Below are positions 44,514 to 53,704 of a stretch of DNA of 64,000 nucleotides, one piece after another. The notes beneath the pieces are model-generated. The model was not told the DNA's origin. It searched no databases and saw only the letters and a program-made list of their open reading frames with translations. The position numbers and the translations under genes were made by a program. The stretch's first letter is position 1, and the number at the start of each line of letters is the position of its first letter. This stretch comes from Ignavibacteria bacterium (GTDB lineage Bacteria; Bacteroidota; Ignavibacteria; Tepidaquicellales; Tepidaquicellaceae), in the NCBI GenBank assembly GCA_035443185.1, contig DAORRV010000001.1:42191-106190 (forward strand), in the 5' to 3' direction.

Positions 44514-45745
44514 TTGGTTCTCCTTGCAATTGTTTTATTATTTAATAATTTTTTTCTTTTTTGAAATGTCTGACCCGGCCATTTAACTAATACAAAGTTA
44601 CCGGCATTCTTATCAACAATTGCAAGATCATCAATATCTACAATATCGTCACCGTTAATATTAGTCAGCGAATTTCCTCCTGCATAATTATACAAATCGT
44701 TATCAAGCATTGTAAGATCATCTGTGTCTATAATATTGTCGTAGTTAAAATTCCCGCTGTATATACAATACTTGTCACCAACTAAAACCAGATTATTTCC
44801 ATAAGCTTTAGAAGCTGATATTGTAAAGTCGTAAAAATTTGTACCATTTTGAAAGTTTGTTCCGCTCTGTTCACTCCACGTTTCCAGACCATTTTTATTT
44901 TTTACTGATATGTAATATGTACCTGCTGGTCTGTTGTAAAATATATAATTCCCTGACAAAGTAGATGAATCAATTAATCCCTTTGAGGAATCTATTATTT
45001 GATAAGGTGAATTCACATTTCTTAAATAAGCAGTAACAGAATCTTTTCTGTTTAATCTATTAAAAACAGGATTATATAAACCTTCAATTGACAATTTTAA
45101 ATTTATCTGTATAAAAGGAAACACTCCTGAAATATCAACATTATGATTTGCACATCGCGTCATCTCTTTATTCAAACAATTATTTGCATCATACCAATTG
45201 ATCTTTGTTCTGGTTACCGATAGTGGCGATTCGCAACTGTCTCTGAATATTATTGGATTATTTAACAATACGTTTGGATTTATTATTGTGGAAGCTTTCA
45301 TGTTATATCTACCTATTAAAATAGGAATGTCTTTAGGAATTATTAACCCATTTCCGCAGCCTGGAAGAGAATTTGCAGCTAATCTGAATTCATAATTTCC
45401 AGGAGAATTTGCAGCGACAACTACATTTGATCCTCTTGGTCTAAAAGATTCAGGAAGGTCTGAAACCGGCACCCCGTTACTTGTATCAAGCATATATGCA
45501 GATGCTGATCCAAATCCCGCAGAAAAAACTGCTAACGTCTGGGGAACTCTGAAAAAGAACTGCCACCCCGCTAATTGTAAAGGTGTATCATCAGTTTTTG
45601 TAAATATTAGATCAAACTTCATTGTGTATTCGTCAGAAAGCACATAATTTTTTGCTTCCAGAGTATATTGCGGAATCTGTGATTTAAGCTGATTTGCAAA
45701 ACTAAGCAAAAAAAATAATGAGAAAAGTGGTATAATTTTTTTCAT
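44510..45745 (-). CDS. Secreted paralog A3 (type A, 411 aa), first gene of the array
   Basis: Collinear with A1 and A2. Signal peptide. The same four type-A-specific Cys residues. The same 'WPGQ' + basic tail. Confidence 0.85.
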   Translation of the reverse strand: MKKIIPLFSLFFLLSFANQLKSQIPQYTLEAKNYVLSDEYTMKFDLIFTKTDDTPLQLAGWQFFFRVPQTLAVFSAGFGSASAYMLDTSNGVPVSDLPESFRPRGSNVVVAANSPGNYEFRLAANSLPGCGNGLIIPKDIPILIGRYNMKASTIINPNVLLNNPIIFRDSCESPLSVTRTKINWYDANNCLNKEMTRCANHNVDISGVFPFIQINLKLSIEGLYNPVFNRLNRKDSVTAYLRNVNSPYQIIDSSKGLIDSSTLSGNYIFYNRPAGTYYISVKNKNGLETWSEQSGTNFQNGTNFYDFTISASKAYGNNLVLVGDKYCIYSGNFNYDNIIDTDDLTMLDNDLYNYAGGNSLTNINGDDIVDIDDLAIVDKNAGNFVLVKWPGQTFQKRKKLLNNKTIARRTK

Positions 45746-45945
45746 ATTTCCCTAATTAAAAATTTATTTGTACAAATGTAGAGTATAGCCTCTTTAAATT
45801 CAATTCACGTAAAAATAGACAGATTGGATTTTGATTTCCGGTTTCTAAAATAAAATTAATATCTCTCAAAAATTATCTTCTTATAAATTGATTTAAACTT
45901 CATATTTAATTAATTTGGCATACCTCAATTTCTTCAAAAATAATA

Positions 45946-46890
45946 ATGATGTCTGATCTGAAAATTTTTGCCGGTAGGTTTTCAAATAATCTCGGCAAGA
46001 AAATTGCTGCAAGCCTGAAGATGCCACTTGGCAAGTGTTCGATACGGACATTTTCTGATGGAGAGATCTGGGTAAAGTATAATGAAAATATCAGAGGCTC
46101 TGATGTTTTCATTGTTCAATCCACTATGCCTCCTGCAGATAATCTGATGGAACTTCTGATCATGATAGACGCTGCTAAAAGAGCATCAGCAAGAAGAGTC
46201 AATGCAGTCATTCCATATTTTGGATATGCGCGTCAGGACAGGAAGGATCAGCCGAGAGTATCTATAACAGCAAAGCTCGTTGCAAATCTCATTACTAAAG
46301 CCGGCGCAGACAGGGTGATCACAATGGATCTTCATGCTGCTCAGCTTCAGGGTTTTTTTGATATACCTGTGGACCATCTTTACGGATCTGCCGTCTTTAT
46401 GAATAAATTAAGAAAACTTAAAATACCAAATCTTGCAATCGTTTCTCCCGACGTTGGAGGGATCAAGATGGCCAGAGCTTATGCAAAAAGACTTCATGCG
46501 GATTTAATTGTTATTGATAAACGCAGACCAAAACCTAATGTCGCTGAAGTAATGGATATAATCGGAGATGTTGGAGGAAAGAATATTATTATTATAGATG
46601 ACCTTATTGATACCGGTGGAACTTTCGTTAATGCTGTAAATGCGCTGAAAGCAGAAGGAGCAAAAGATATTTATGGCGGATGTACTCATGCTGTATTCTC
46701 AGGAGAATCACTTGACCATATAAATAAATCTCCTCTGAAAAAACTTTACGTAGCTGATACTCTTCCAATGTCACATACATCAAAAAAGATAGAAGTAGTT
46801 TCCGTTGCGGAAATTTTTGGAAAATCCATTTATCGTACAAATAAAAATCAGTCGATCAGTTCACTTTTTGATGTCGATAAAGCTTTGTAA
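45946..46890 (+). CDS. prs: Ribose-phosphate pyrophosphokinase
   Basis: 'KIFAG..S..LG..IA..L...LG.....F.DGE', 'YARQDRK' and the PRPP-binding loop 'IIIIDDLIDTGGT'. Confidence 0.92.
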   Translation: MMSDLKIFAGRFSNNLGKKIAASLKMPLGKCSIRTFSDGEIWVKYNENIRGSDVFIVQSTMPPADNLMELLIMIDAAKRASARRVNAVIPYFGYARQDRKDQPRVSITAKLVANLITKAGADRVITMDLHAAQLQGFFDIPVDHLYGSAVFMNKLRKLKIPNLAIVSPDVGGIKMARAYAKRLHADLIVIDKRRPKPNVAEVMDIIGDVGGKNIIIIDDLIDTGGTFVNAVNALKAEGAKDIYGGCTHAVFSGESLDHINKSPLKKLYVADTLPMSHTSKKIEVVSVAEIFGKSIYRTNKNQSISSLFDVDKAL

Positions 46891-46974
46891 ATTGAATTGA
46901 AAGCAACATCTCTTATCCCTATTTTCCCTGAAATTAATTTAACCAAACTAATAAGTAAAACTTAAAAATATAAA

Positions 46975-48360
46975 ATGAGTGTAGATATAGTAATGCCGAA
47001 AATGGGCGAATCTATTATGGAAGGAACGATCTTAAAATGGCATAAAAAGCCGGGTGACAATGTAGATGTAGATGAAACTATTCTTGAGATTTCCACAGAC
47101 AAAGTCGATACGGAAGTCCCTTCTCCCGAAGCAGGAGTTGTTTCGGAGATTTTATTCAAGGAAGGAGATGTAGTAGAAGTCGGCAAAGTCATTGCCCGTC
47201 TGGGTTCTAACGGCGCAGCAACTTCCGAATCCGAAAAAGCCGAAACTAAATCTTCTGAAACCTCTGAAGTTAAAGAAGAAAAATCTGAACCTGTTCCGGA
47301 AATGAAGTCTGAAAAACCCGAAGCTGCATCTCCACAGACTACTGAAACACAAAAGATCATTACAGGCAGCGGCAGCAAATTTTATTCTCCGCTTGTTCTG
47401 AACATTGCTCAGGTAGAAGGTATTGGAATGTCAGAACTTGAAAACATTTCGGGTACAGGAATAGATGGCAGAGTTTCTAAAAAAGATATTCTTGCATATC
47501 TGAAAGACCGCACTTCAGCACCGGCTGCTGAGTCACCAAAGAAATCAGTGGAAATAAATTTAGATAATAAAGATACCAAAGAAACCAAGCCGGCTGCAGC
47601 TCCTGAAAGAAAGATTGAAGTACCTCAACCGAAAATTGATTATAACGAAGAAGGTCTGTCTGTAATGGAGTTTGATAATGTCAGACAAAAAATGGCTGAG
47701 CACATGATCAATTCTGTCAGGATATCTCCGCATGTGCAGGCAGTTGCAGAATGTGATCTCACAAATGTAGATAAGGTCAGAGCAAAAATGAAAAATGAAT
47801 TTGTTGAAAAAGAAGGATTTAATCTTACCTACATGCCTTTCATTTGTGAGGCTGTGATCAAAGCATTAAAAGATTTTCCGTTAATAAATTCGATCATAGA
47901 TGATTCTTCAGTTCCGTACAAAGCAATTACAAGAAATTCCATAAACCTCGGAATCGCCGTAGCAATGGATAACGGCGGACTGATAGTTCCTGTAATTCAT
48001 AACTCTGACGGAATGAATCTTATAGGTATTGCAAGAAGTCTGAACGATCTTGCCAAACGTGCGAGGATAAAAAAACTGACACTGAATGAAATTCAGGGCG
48101 GTACTTTTTCGATTACGAATTTTGGTGTGTTTGGAAATGATATCGGAATTCCGATCATCAATCAGCCTCAGGTTGCGATACTCGGACTCGGAGCAATTAA
48201 AAAAAGACCTGTAGTGGTGGAGACAGAAGAAGGTGATTTCATAGTTCCGAGAAAGACAATGTTCATAACACTTTCATTTGATCACAGACTTGTGGATGGT
48301 GCGCTCGGCGGAATGTTTGTAATGAAGATCGCACATTATCTGAATTCATATAAACTTTAA
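46975..48360 (+). CDS. 2-oxoacid dehydrogenase E2 component (dihydrolipoamide acyltransferase)
   Basis: Lipoyl domain 'EISTDKVDTEVPSP'. Ala/Pro/Glu/Ser linker. Peripheral-subunit-binding domain 'SPLVLNIAQVEGI...ISGTGIDGRVSKKDI'. Catalytic 'LSFDHRLVDGA'. Confidence 0.88.
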   Translation: MSVDIVMPKMGESIMEGTILKWHKKPGDNVDVDETILEISTDKVDTEVPSPEAGVVSEILFKEGDVVEVGKVIARLGSNGAATSESEKAETKSSETSEVKEEKSEPVPEMKSEKPEAASPQTTETQKIITGSGSKFYSPLVLNIAQVEGIGMSELENISGTGIDGRVSKKDILAYLKDRTSAPAAESPKKSVEINLDNKDTKETKPAAAPERKIEVPQPKIDYNEEGLSVMEFDNVRQKMAEHMINSVRISPHVQAVAECDLTNVDKVRAKMKNEFVEKEGFNLTYMPFICEAVIKALKDFPLINSIIDDSSVPYKAITRNSINLGIAVAMDNGGLIVPVIHNSDGMNLIGIARSLNDLAKRARIKKLTLNEIQGGTFSITNFGVFGNDIGIPIINQPQVAILGLGAIKKRPVVVETEEGDFIVPRKTMFITLSFDHRLVDGALGGMFVMKIAHYLNSYKL

Positions 48361-48382
48361 CAAAGAAAATTAAGTTAATCAA

Positions 48383-48412
48383 AAGGGAATAAAACTTTTA
48401 TTCCCTTTTCCT
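48383..48412 (+). terminator. Rho-independent terminator after the E2 gene
   Basis: The 'aagggaataaaa' / 'ttttattccctt' hairpin followed by 'ttcctt'. Confidence 0.6.
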
Positions 48413-48431
48413 TTATACATCAAATTTAATT

Positions 48432-50180
48432 ATGAATAAAATACTCTTAATAATTTTACTGACCTTTTCTTCGGTCAATATCTTTTCTCAGGAGACTGCT
48501 GATACAAAGTACTGGATAATTTTTAATGACAAAGGAGATTTTAAATCTGATATCGTTATCACCCCAGGCAGTAAAGCTTATGATGCAGGGATGGAGCTGC
48601 TCACTGAAAGAGCTGTTCAGAGAAGATTAAAAGTCCTTAGTGAGGAAAACTTGATTGATTATGCAGATCTGCCTGTAGAAAATTCTTATATTCAGGAAAT
48701 AAAAAATAACGGCATTGAAGTGATCGCAGTCTCCCGATGGCTGAACGGTATAAGTGCATATATGACAGAGGCTGAAGTAAAAAAAATAAAAGGACTGGAT
48801 TTTGTAGATCATCTCGGATATGTGAAGACTCTTGTAAATCAGGAATTTGAAGTTGTTAATGAATATATTGAATCAGAAATTTCTGATTCATCATATAAAT
48901 TAGATTATGGAAAATCTTTAAAGCAAATGGAAATGGTGAACGTACCGAAAGTTCATGACATGTATATAAACGGAAAAGGCGTTATGATAGCAAGTTTTGA
49001 TGACGGTTTTGACTGGAAAAATCATGAGAGTCTTATGAGTCTGAATATTATAGAAGAGTATGATTTTGTAAATAAAGATCCTAATACATTTGCTGAGAAG
49101 AATCAAAAGTATGAAGATTCAAAAAACCAAGGTTCACATGGTACATCGACAGTATCTACTATGAGCGGTTTTAAAGAAGGAAGGTTGATTGGTCCGGCAT
49201 TTGGCTCGGATCTGCTTCTTGCGAAAACAGAATATGTTGAATCTGAAACACCAATGGAAGAAGACTTCTGGCTGGAAGCGACAGAATGGGCTGAAGCAAA
49301 AGGTGTTGACATTATTACTAGTTCATTGATCTATAAAACTTATGATGCTCCCTACAATAAAAATTCTTATACATATGAGGAACTTGACGGGAATACTGCA
49401 ATCATAACAAATGCGGCAGATCGGGCAGCCTACCTTGGAGTTGTTGTTTGCCAGTCAATGGGAAATTATTTTCAGACAAAAGAACCGTCACTTGGATCTG
49501 CTGCCGATGCCGACTCAATTATTTCCATTGGAGCGGTCACATATTCAGGTGATCCTGCAAGCTTTACATCCAATGGTCCTACCAGCGACGGCAGGATCAA
49601 ACCGGACGTCGTAGCACCCGGTGTAAATGTTTATTCAGCAAAGGTCAAAGAAATTTCAGGAAATAATAGTACATATGAATTTGTAAGCGGTACGTCTTTC
49701 TCTACTCCTATTACTGCAGGTATTTGTGCTTTGATACTTTCAGCACATCCGGAACTCACACCTATCCAGGTGAGAGATGCTCTCAGAAATACAGCATCAC
49801 AATCTGATAATCCGGATAATGTTCTTGGTTGGGGAAATGTAAATGCTTATGACGCTTTGCTTTATTTCGGAATGGCATGGAGCAATGAATTTCAAATTGA
49901 AAAACCTGAAAGTGATAAAATAATTATATCTACATATCTTGCTTCAAAAGATATTATTGATCCGAATTCAGTTACAATGCATTATAGCTTTGACAACGGT
50001 AAATCCTACAGCTCTATGACCATGGATCTTTCTGAAGTGATGGATGCTGAAACTAACTCAGGTAAATATTCAGCGCAACTGAATCTTGACAAAAACATGG
50101 ACGACTTTAAAGTTTATTTTAGTGCTGAAGATAATTCAGGGAAAAGATCTGAATTCCCAAAGGTAAGTTCGGCTAATTAA
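48432..50180 (+). CDS. S8 family serine peptidase, secreted
   Basis: Signal peptide. 'SFDDGFDW' (Asp), 'GSHGTSTVS' (His), 'SGTSFSTPITAG' (Ser). Confidence 0.85.
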   Translation: MNKILLIILLTFSSVNIFSQETADTKYWIIFNDKGDFKSDIVITPGSKAYDAGMELLTERAVQRRLKVLSEENLIDYADLPVENSYIQEIKNNGIEVIAVSRWLNGISAYMTEAEVKKIKGLDFVDHLGYVKTLVNQEFEVVNEYIESEISDSSYKLDYGKSLKQMEMVNVPKVHDMYINGKGVMIASFDDGFDWKNHESLMSLNIIEEYDFVNKDPNTFAEKNQKYEDSKNQGSHGTSTVSTMSGFKEGRLIGPAFGSDLLLAKTEYVESETPMEEDFWLEATEWAEAKGVDIITSSLIYKTYDAPYNKNSYTYEELDGNTAIITNAADRAAYLGVVVCQSMGNYFQTKEPSLGSAADADSIISIGAVTYSGDPASFTSNGPTSDGRIKPDVVAPGVNVYSAKVKEISGNNSTYEFVSGTSFSTPITAGICALILSAHPELTPIQVRDALRNTASQSDNPDNVLGWGNVNAYDALLYFGMAWSNEFQIEKPESDKIIISTYLASKDIIDPNSVTMHYSFDNGKSYSSMTMDLSEVMDAETNSGKYSAQLNLDKNMDDFKVYFSAEDNSGKRSEFPKVSSAN

Positions 50181-50492
50181 AATTTTTTAAGAACTATATT
50201 AATAAAAACATATATTATCCGCAGAGTAACGTGTTTTTCGGACTCAGCAGGAACATTTTTTTTTAGATCAATAAATAAAAATTCCGAACTCAGTTTATCT
50301 GATCCCGGATTTTTTAATGTTCATATCCAAACTTTCCAAAAGCAAAAAATTTAATCAAACTTCAAATTTATTATCGTCTCCGCTGAGTCACGTGCTCTTC
50401 GGACTCTACGGAAAGATTAAGTCTTATCGGGATTTATTATCAGCCATTTAAGCTTTGTACCTTCGAGGCAAATCCAACTTTTTAAACAGAAG

Positions 50493-51083
50493 CTACTTTT
50501 CGTATAATTCTCTCTCGGTGACTTCACATAAAATATGTCCAACGGTAATGTGCCCTTCCTGAATCCTCTGAGTATTTTCAGAAGGTATGACAATTGAAAT
50601 ATCGCAGACTTCTTTAAGTTTGCCCCCGTTATTTTTTCCGAGAAGCCCTATGACCTTCATATTTTTTTCCTTTGCTTTTGAAACTGCTTTCAGAATATTT
50701 GGTGAGTTTCCGCTTGTGGAAATACAGATCAGTACGTCACCGTCATTCCCAAGTCCCTCTATATTTCGGGCGAATACATTTTCAAATCCAATATCATTTC
50801 CGCCGGCAGTTAGATTTGAAGTGTCAGTAGTCAGTGCAATAGCGGCAATAGCGGGTCTGTCCAGGTCATGAGAAAGTCTGATCATAAATTCTGTAGCGAG
50901 ATGCTGACAGTCTGCTGCGCTGCCACCGTTTCCGCAGAGCAGTATCTTCTTTCCATCCTTCACTGACTTAACAAGGAGATCAGAAGCATCGCAGATTGTT
51001 TCGTAACATTTCTCTGCGATCATATTTTTTACCTCAGCACTTTCGCTGAGCGAAGTTGTGATGAATTCTTTTCTGTTAAACAT
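50493..51083 (-). CDS. gmhA: D-sedoheptulose-7-phosphate isomerase (SIS domain)
   Basis: 'GNGGSAADCQHLATEF', 'ISTSGNSPNI' and a C-terminal 'QE.H....H' pattern. Confidence 0.88.
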   Translation of the reverse strand: MFNRKEFITTSLSESAEVKNMIAEKCYETICDASDLLVKSVKDGKKILLCGNGGSAADCQHLATEFMIRLSHDLDRPAIAAIALTTDTSNLTAGGNDIGFENVFARNIEGLGNDGDVLICISTSGNSPNILKAVSKAKEKNMKVIGLLGKNNGGKLKEVCDISIVIPSENTQRIQEGHITVGHILCEVTERELYEK

Positions 51084-51089
51084 ATTCTT

Positions 51090-52370
51090 TTATGTAATTT
51101 GATTTACAATCTTTTCAGCAATTCCGCTGGAGTTTTCAAAAACTAATCTGCATTTTTCACCGGTCTCATCTCTTAATTCTTTATTTGTCAAAAACTCTCT
51201 GAACACCCGATAAAATTGTTTTGTATCTTTAATCACAATACCGCAGCCTTTTTCTATCAGGATCTCATCTTCATCTGAATTTTTTATTTTATTGGAAAAT
51301 AAGATCGGCATATTAAATATAGCAGGTTCGAGTATATTATGAAGTCCCGTTTTAAATCCTCCTCCGACATAGCTCAGATATGCAATGCCGTATAGCTTTG
51401 ACAAAATTCCTATCCTGTCCACAATGATCAGATTTTCACCGTTGAATTTCCCAATATCACTAAGCCGGATGTATCTTAAATTTTCATATTTTTGAGAAAT
51501 TATTTTTTCTATTGCAGAGATCTTGGTTTCTTTTGGCTCATGCGGGACGAGTACAGTCAACAGATCTTTTTCAAAACTTAATGATTTATCTAATGCAGGC
51601 AGTATTATGTCTTCATCATCTTTCCATGCACTTCCCATTACAAATACTTTCCTGCCGTTAATCACTGACGGCGGAATGACATCTTCAGTGTTTGAATTAA
51701 TTTTTACAGACTGAAGTACTCTTTCAAATTTTGAATCACCAATTTTTACTATCTTGGTATTTTCATCTTTTAGCTTTTCACTGTAATTTTTTTCATCAAA
51801 ATCATCAATGACAAATGCAGTATCTATCATTCCATAAAGATTTTTCTTAAATGAACTGATGACGGGAATACTCCAAGTCGAATCATTTTCATCATAGCGG
51901 GCATTTGCAAGCACCCTCTTAATTCCTCTTTTACCAGATTCATTCAAAATATTATACCAAAGATCATACCTCATAAATATAAGAATATTGGGATTTATAA
52001 GATCAAGAAATTTTTTCTGATTAGAAATGGAATCAAGAGGTATATAAGTCTTTATCACATTATCTGAAATTATCTTTGCATTATTAAAACCTGAAGGTGA
52101 AAAAAATGAGATTACAACATTGTAATTCTTTTTGGTGAATTCATCTGCGAGCGGGATTGCCTGTTGATATTCACCTAATGAAGATGAATGTATGATAACC
52201 GTTTTATTGTTTTTTAAATGAGAAAGAGATCTGCTCAAATCATTGAACAAACCTCTTCTTTCTTTTAAACCTTGTCTAACTTTTGAATTGAAAACCGAAT
52301 ATAATTTGAAGAACAACCAAATTAACGGAATACCAAATAAGTTATAAACTATAAACCAGAATTTTTTCAT
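51090..52370 (-). CDS. waaA: 3-deoxy-D-manno-octulosonic acid (Kdo) transferase
   Basis: N-terminal membrane helix. 'IIHSSSLGEYQQAIPL' aligns with E. coli WaaA 'MLHSVSVGETLAAIPL', and 'LANARY' with 'IANARL'. Confidence 0.82.
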   Translation of the reverse strand: MKKFWFIVYNLFGIPLIWLFFKLYSVFNSKVRQGLKERRGLFNDLSRSLSHLKNNKTVIIHSSSLGEYQQAIPLADEFTKKNYNVVISFFSPSGFNNAKIISDNVIKTYIPLDSISNQKKFLDLINPNILIFMRYDLWYNILNESGKRGIKRVLANARYDENDSTWSIPVISSFKKNLYGMIDTAFVIDDFDEKNYSEKLKDENTKIVKIGDSKFERVLQSVKINSNTEDVIPPSVINGRKVFVMGSAWKDDEDIILPALDKSLSFEKDLLTVLVPHEPKETKISAIEKIISQKYENLRYIRLSDIGKFNGENLIIVDRIGILSKLYGIAYLSYVGGGFKTGLHNILEPAIFNMPILFSNKIKNSDEDEILIEKGCGIVIKDTKQFYRVFREFLTNKELRDETGEKCRLVFENSSGIAEKIVNQIT

Positions 52371-52382
52371 GGTACGGGAAAT

Positions 52383-52940
52383 TTAGACTTCCATGATCTC
52401 TTTCTCTTTCACAACAAGTAAATTGTCGATGTCTTTTGTAAAGCTGTCTGTTAATTTCTGTATTTCATTTTCACCATGCTTTCTTTCATCTTCGGAAAAA
52501 TGATCTTCCTTTTCAGCCTTCTTTAATTCTTCTATGCCATCTCTTCTGATATTTCTGATAGAGATCTTACCTTCTTCACCGAATTTCTTAACAAGCTTTA
52601 CAATCTCTTTTCTTCTTTCTTCATTCAAAGCCGGAATAGGGATTCTGATCAGGTTTCCGTCATTGGCAGGATTCAAACCAAGATTGGCTGCAATAATAGC
52701 TTTTTCAATAAGTGAAATTGCAGTCTTATCCCATGCCTGTACAGTAATAGTATGATAATCAGGCGTACTGACATTTCCTAATTGATTCAGAGCTGTCGGA
52801 GTACCATAATAATCCACTTTGATACCGTCTAATAAATTTGTTGTAGCTTTTCCGGTTCTGATCTTTACCATTTCCAAACGAACATGCTCTACTGCTTTGT
52901 CCATCAGATCAGATGTGTTTTTTAAAATATCTTTTATCAT
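52383..52940 (-). CDS. frr: Ribosome recycling factor
   Basis: 185 aa. 'KIRTGKATTNLLDGIKVDYYG', 'PALNEERRKEIVK', 'IRNIRRD'. Confidence 0.93.
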   Translation of the reverse strand: MIKDILKNTSDLMDKAVEHVRLEMVKIRTGKATTNLLDGIKVDYYGTPTALNQLGNVSTPDYHTITVQAWDKTAISLIEKAIIAANLGLNPANDGNLIRIPIPALNEERRKEIVKLVKKFGEEGKISIRNIRRDGIEELKKAEKEDHFSEDERKHGENEIQKLTDSFTKDIDNLLVVKEKEIMEV

Positions 52941-52978
52941 AATATTAATTGAATTAAAATATTATTAAAAATTTCTGT

Positions 52979-53701
52979 TTAGCAAACTAATGTTCCAATG
53001 TCTTTACCCATTACAAGTTTCTTAAGATTTCCTTTAATGTTCATATTGAAAACTTTTATCGGTAATGAATTTTCCTGACATAAAGTAATTGCAGTCAGAT
53101 CCATAATTCTCAGATCTTTTTCAAGAACTTCCAGATATGATAATTTTTTATACATTATAGCTTTGTCATTCTTTTCAGGATCCGAATCATAAACGCCGTT
53201 TACTCTTGTACCTTTTATAATAACATCTGCCTTGATCTCAATAGCTCTGAGCGCTGCTGCAGTATCTGTAGTAAAATACGGACTTCCGGTTCCTGCAGAA
53301 AAAATCACGACACGCTTCTTTTCAATGTGTCTGACAGCTCTTCTGAGAATGAAAGGTTCGGCGATCTCATCCATTTTAATTGCTGACTGAACTCTCGTGA
53401 AGATACCTTTTTTTTCAAGTGCATTCTGAATAGCAAGCGCATTAATTACAGTCGCAAGCATTCCCATCTGATCACCTGTCTCTCTGTCCACTCCCTGCTC
53501 ATGAGCAGATAAGCCTCTGAAAATATTTCCTCCTCCAATTACAATACCGATCTCAATTTTCAACTTTGAAATGCTTAAAACTTCTTCAGCTATTGCCTCA
53601 AGTACATCAGAATCTATTCCATAACTATGCCTTCCCATCAGGGATTCACCGCTAAGCTTAAGTAAAATTCTTGTGTATTTTGGAGTCATATATTTTTTCA
53701 A
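52979..53701 (-). CDS. pyrH: UMP kinase
   Basis: '[11 protein letters not shown]', '[10 protein letters not shown]', 'ATVINALA', 'KGT.VNGVYD.DP'. Confidence 0.93.
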   Translation of the reverse strand: MKKYMTPKYTRILLKLSGESLMGRHSYGIDSDVLEAIAEEVLSISKLKIEIGIVIGGGNIFRGLSAHEQGVDRETGDQMGMLATVINALAIQNALEKKGIFTRVQSAIKMDEIAEPFILRRAVRHIEKKRVVIFSAGTGSPYFTTDTAAALRAIEIKADVIIKGTRVNGVYDSDPEKNDKAIMYKKLSYLEVLEKDLRIMDLTAITLCQENSLPIKVFNMNIKGNLKKLVMGKDIGTLVC

Positions 53702-53704
53702 AAA

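Noticed and set aside
39740-45745. Considered whether the five-paralog array is a mobile element, phase-variable shufflon or fimbrial operon
   Set aside because: I could not find a recombinase, inverted-repeat boundaries, an usher/chaperone gene or pilin-type N-termini. All genes are intact and co-oriented. It is retained as a finding of unknown function instead.
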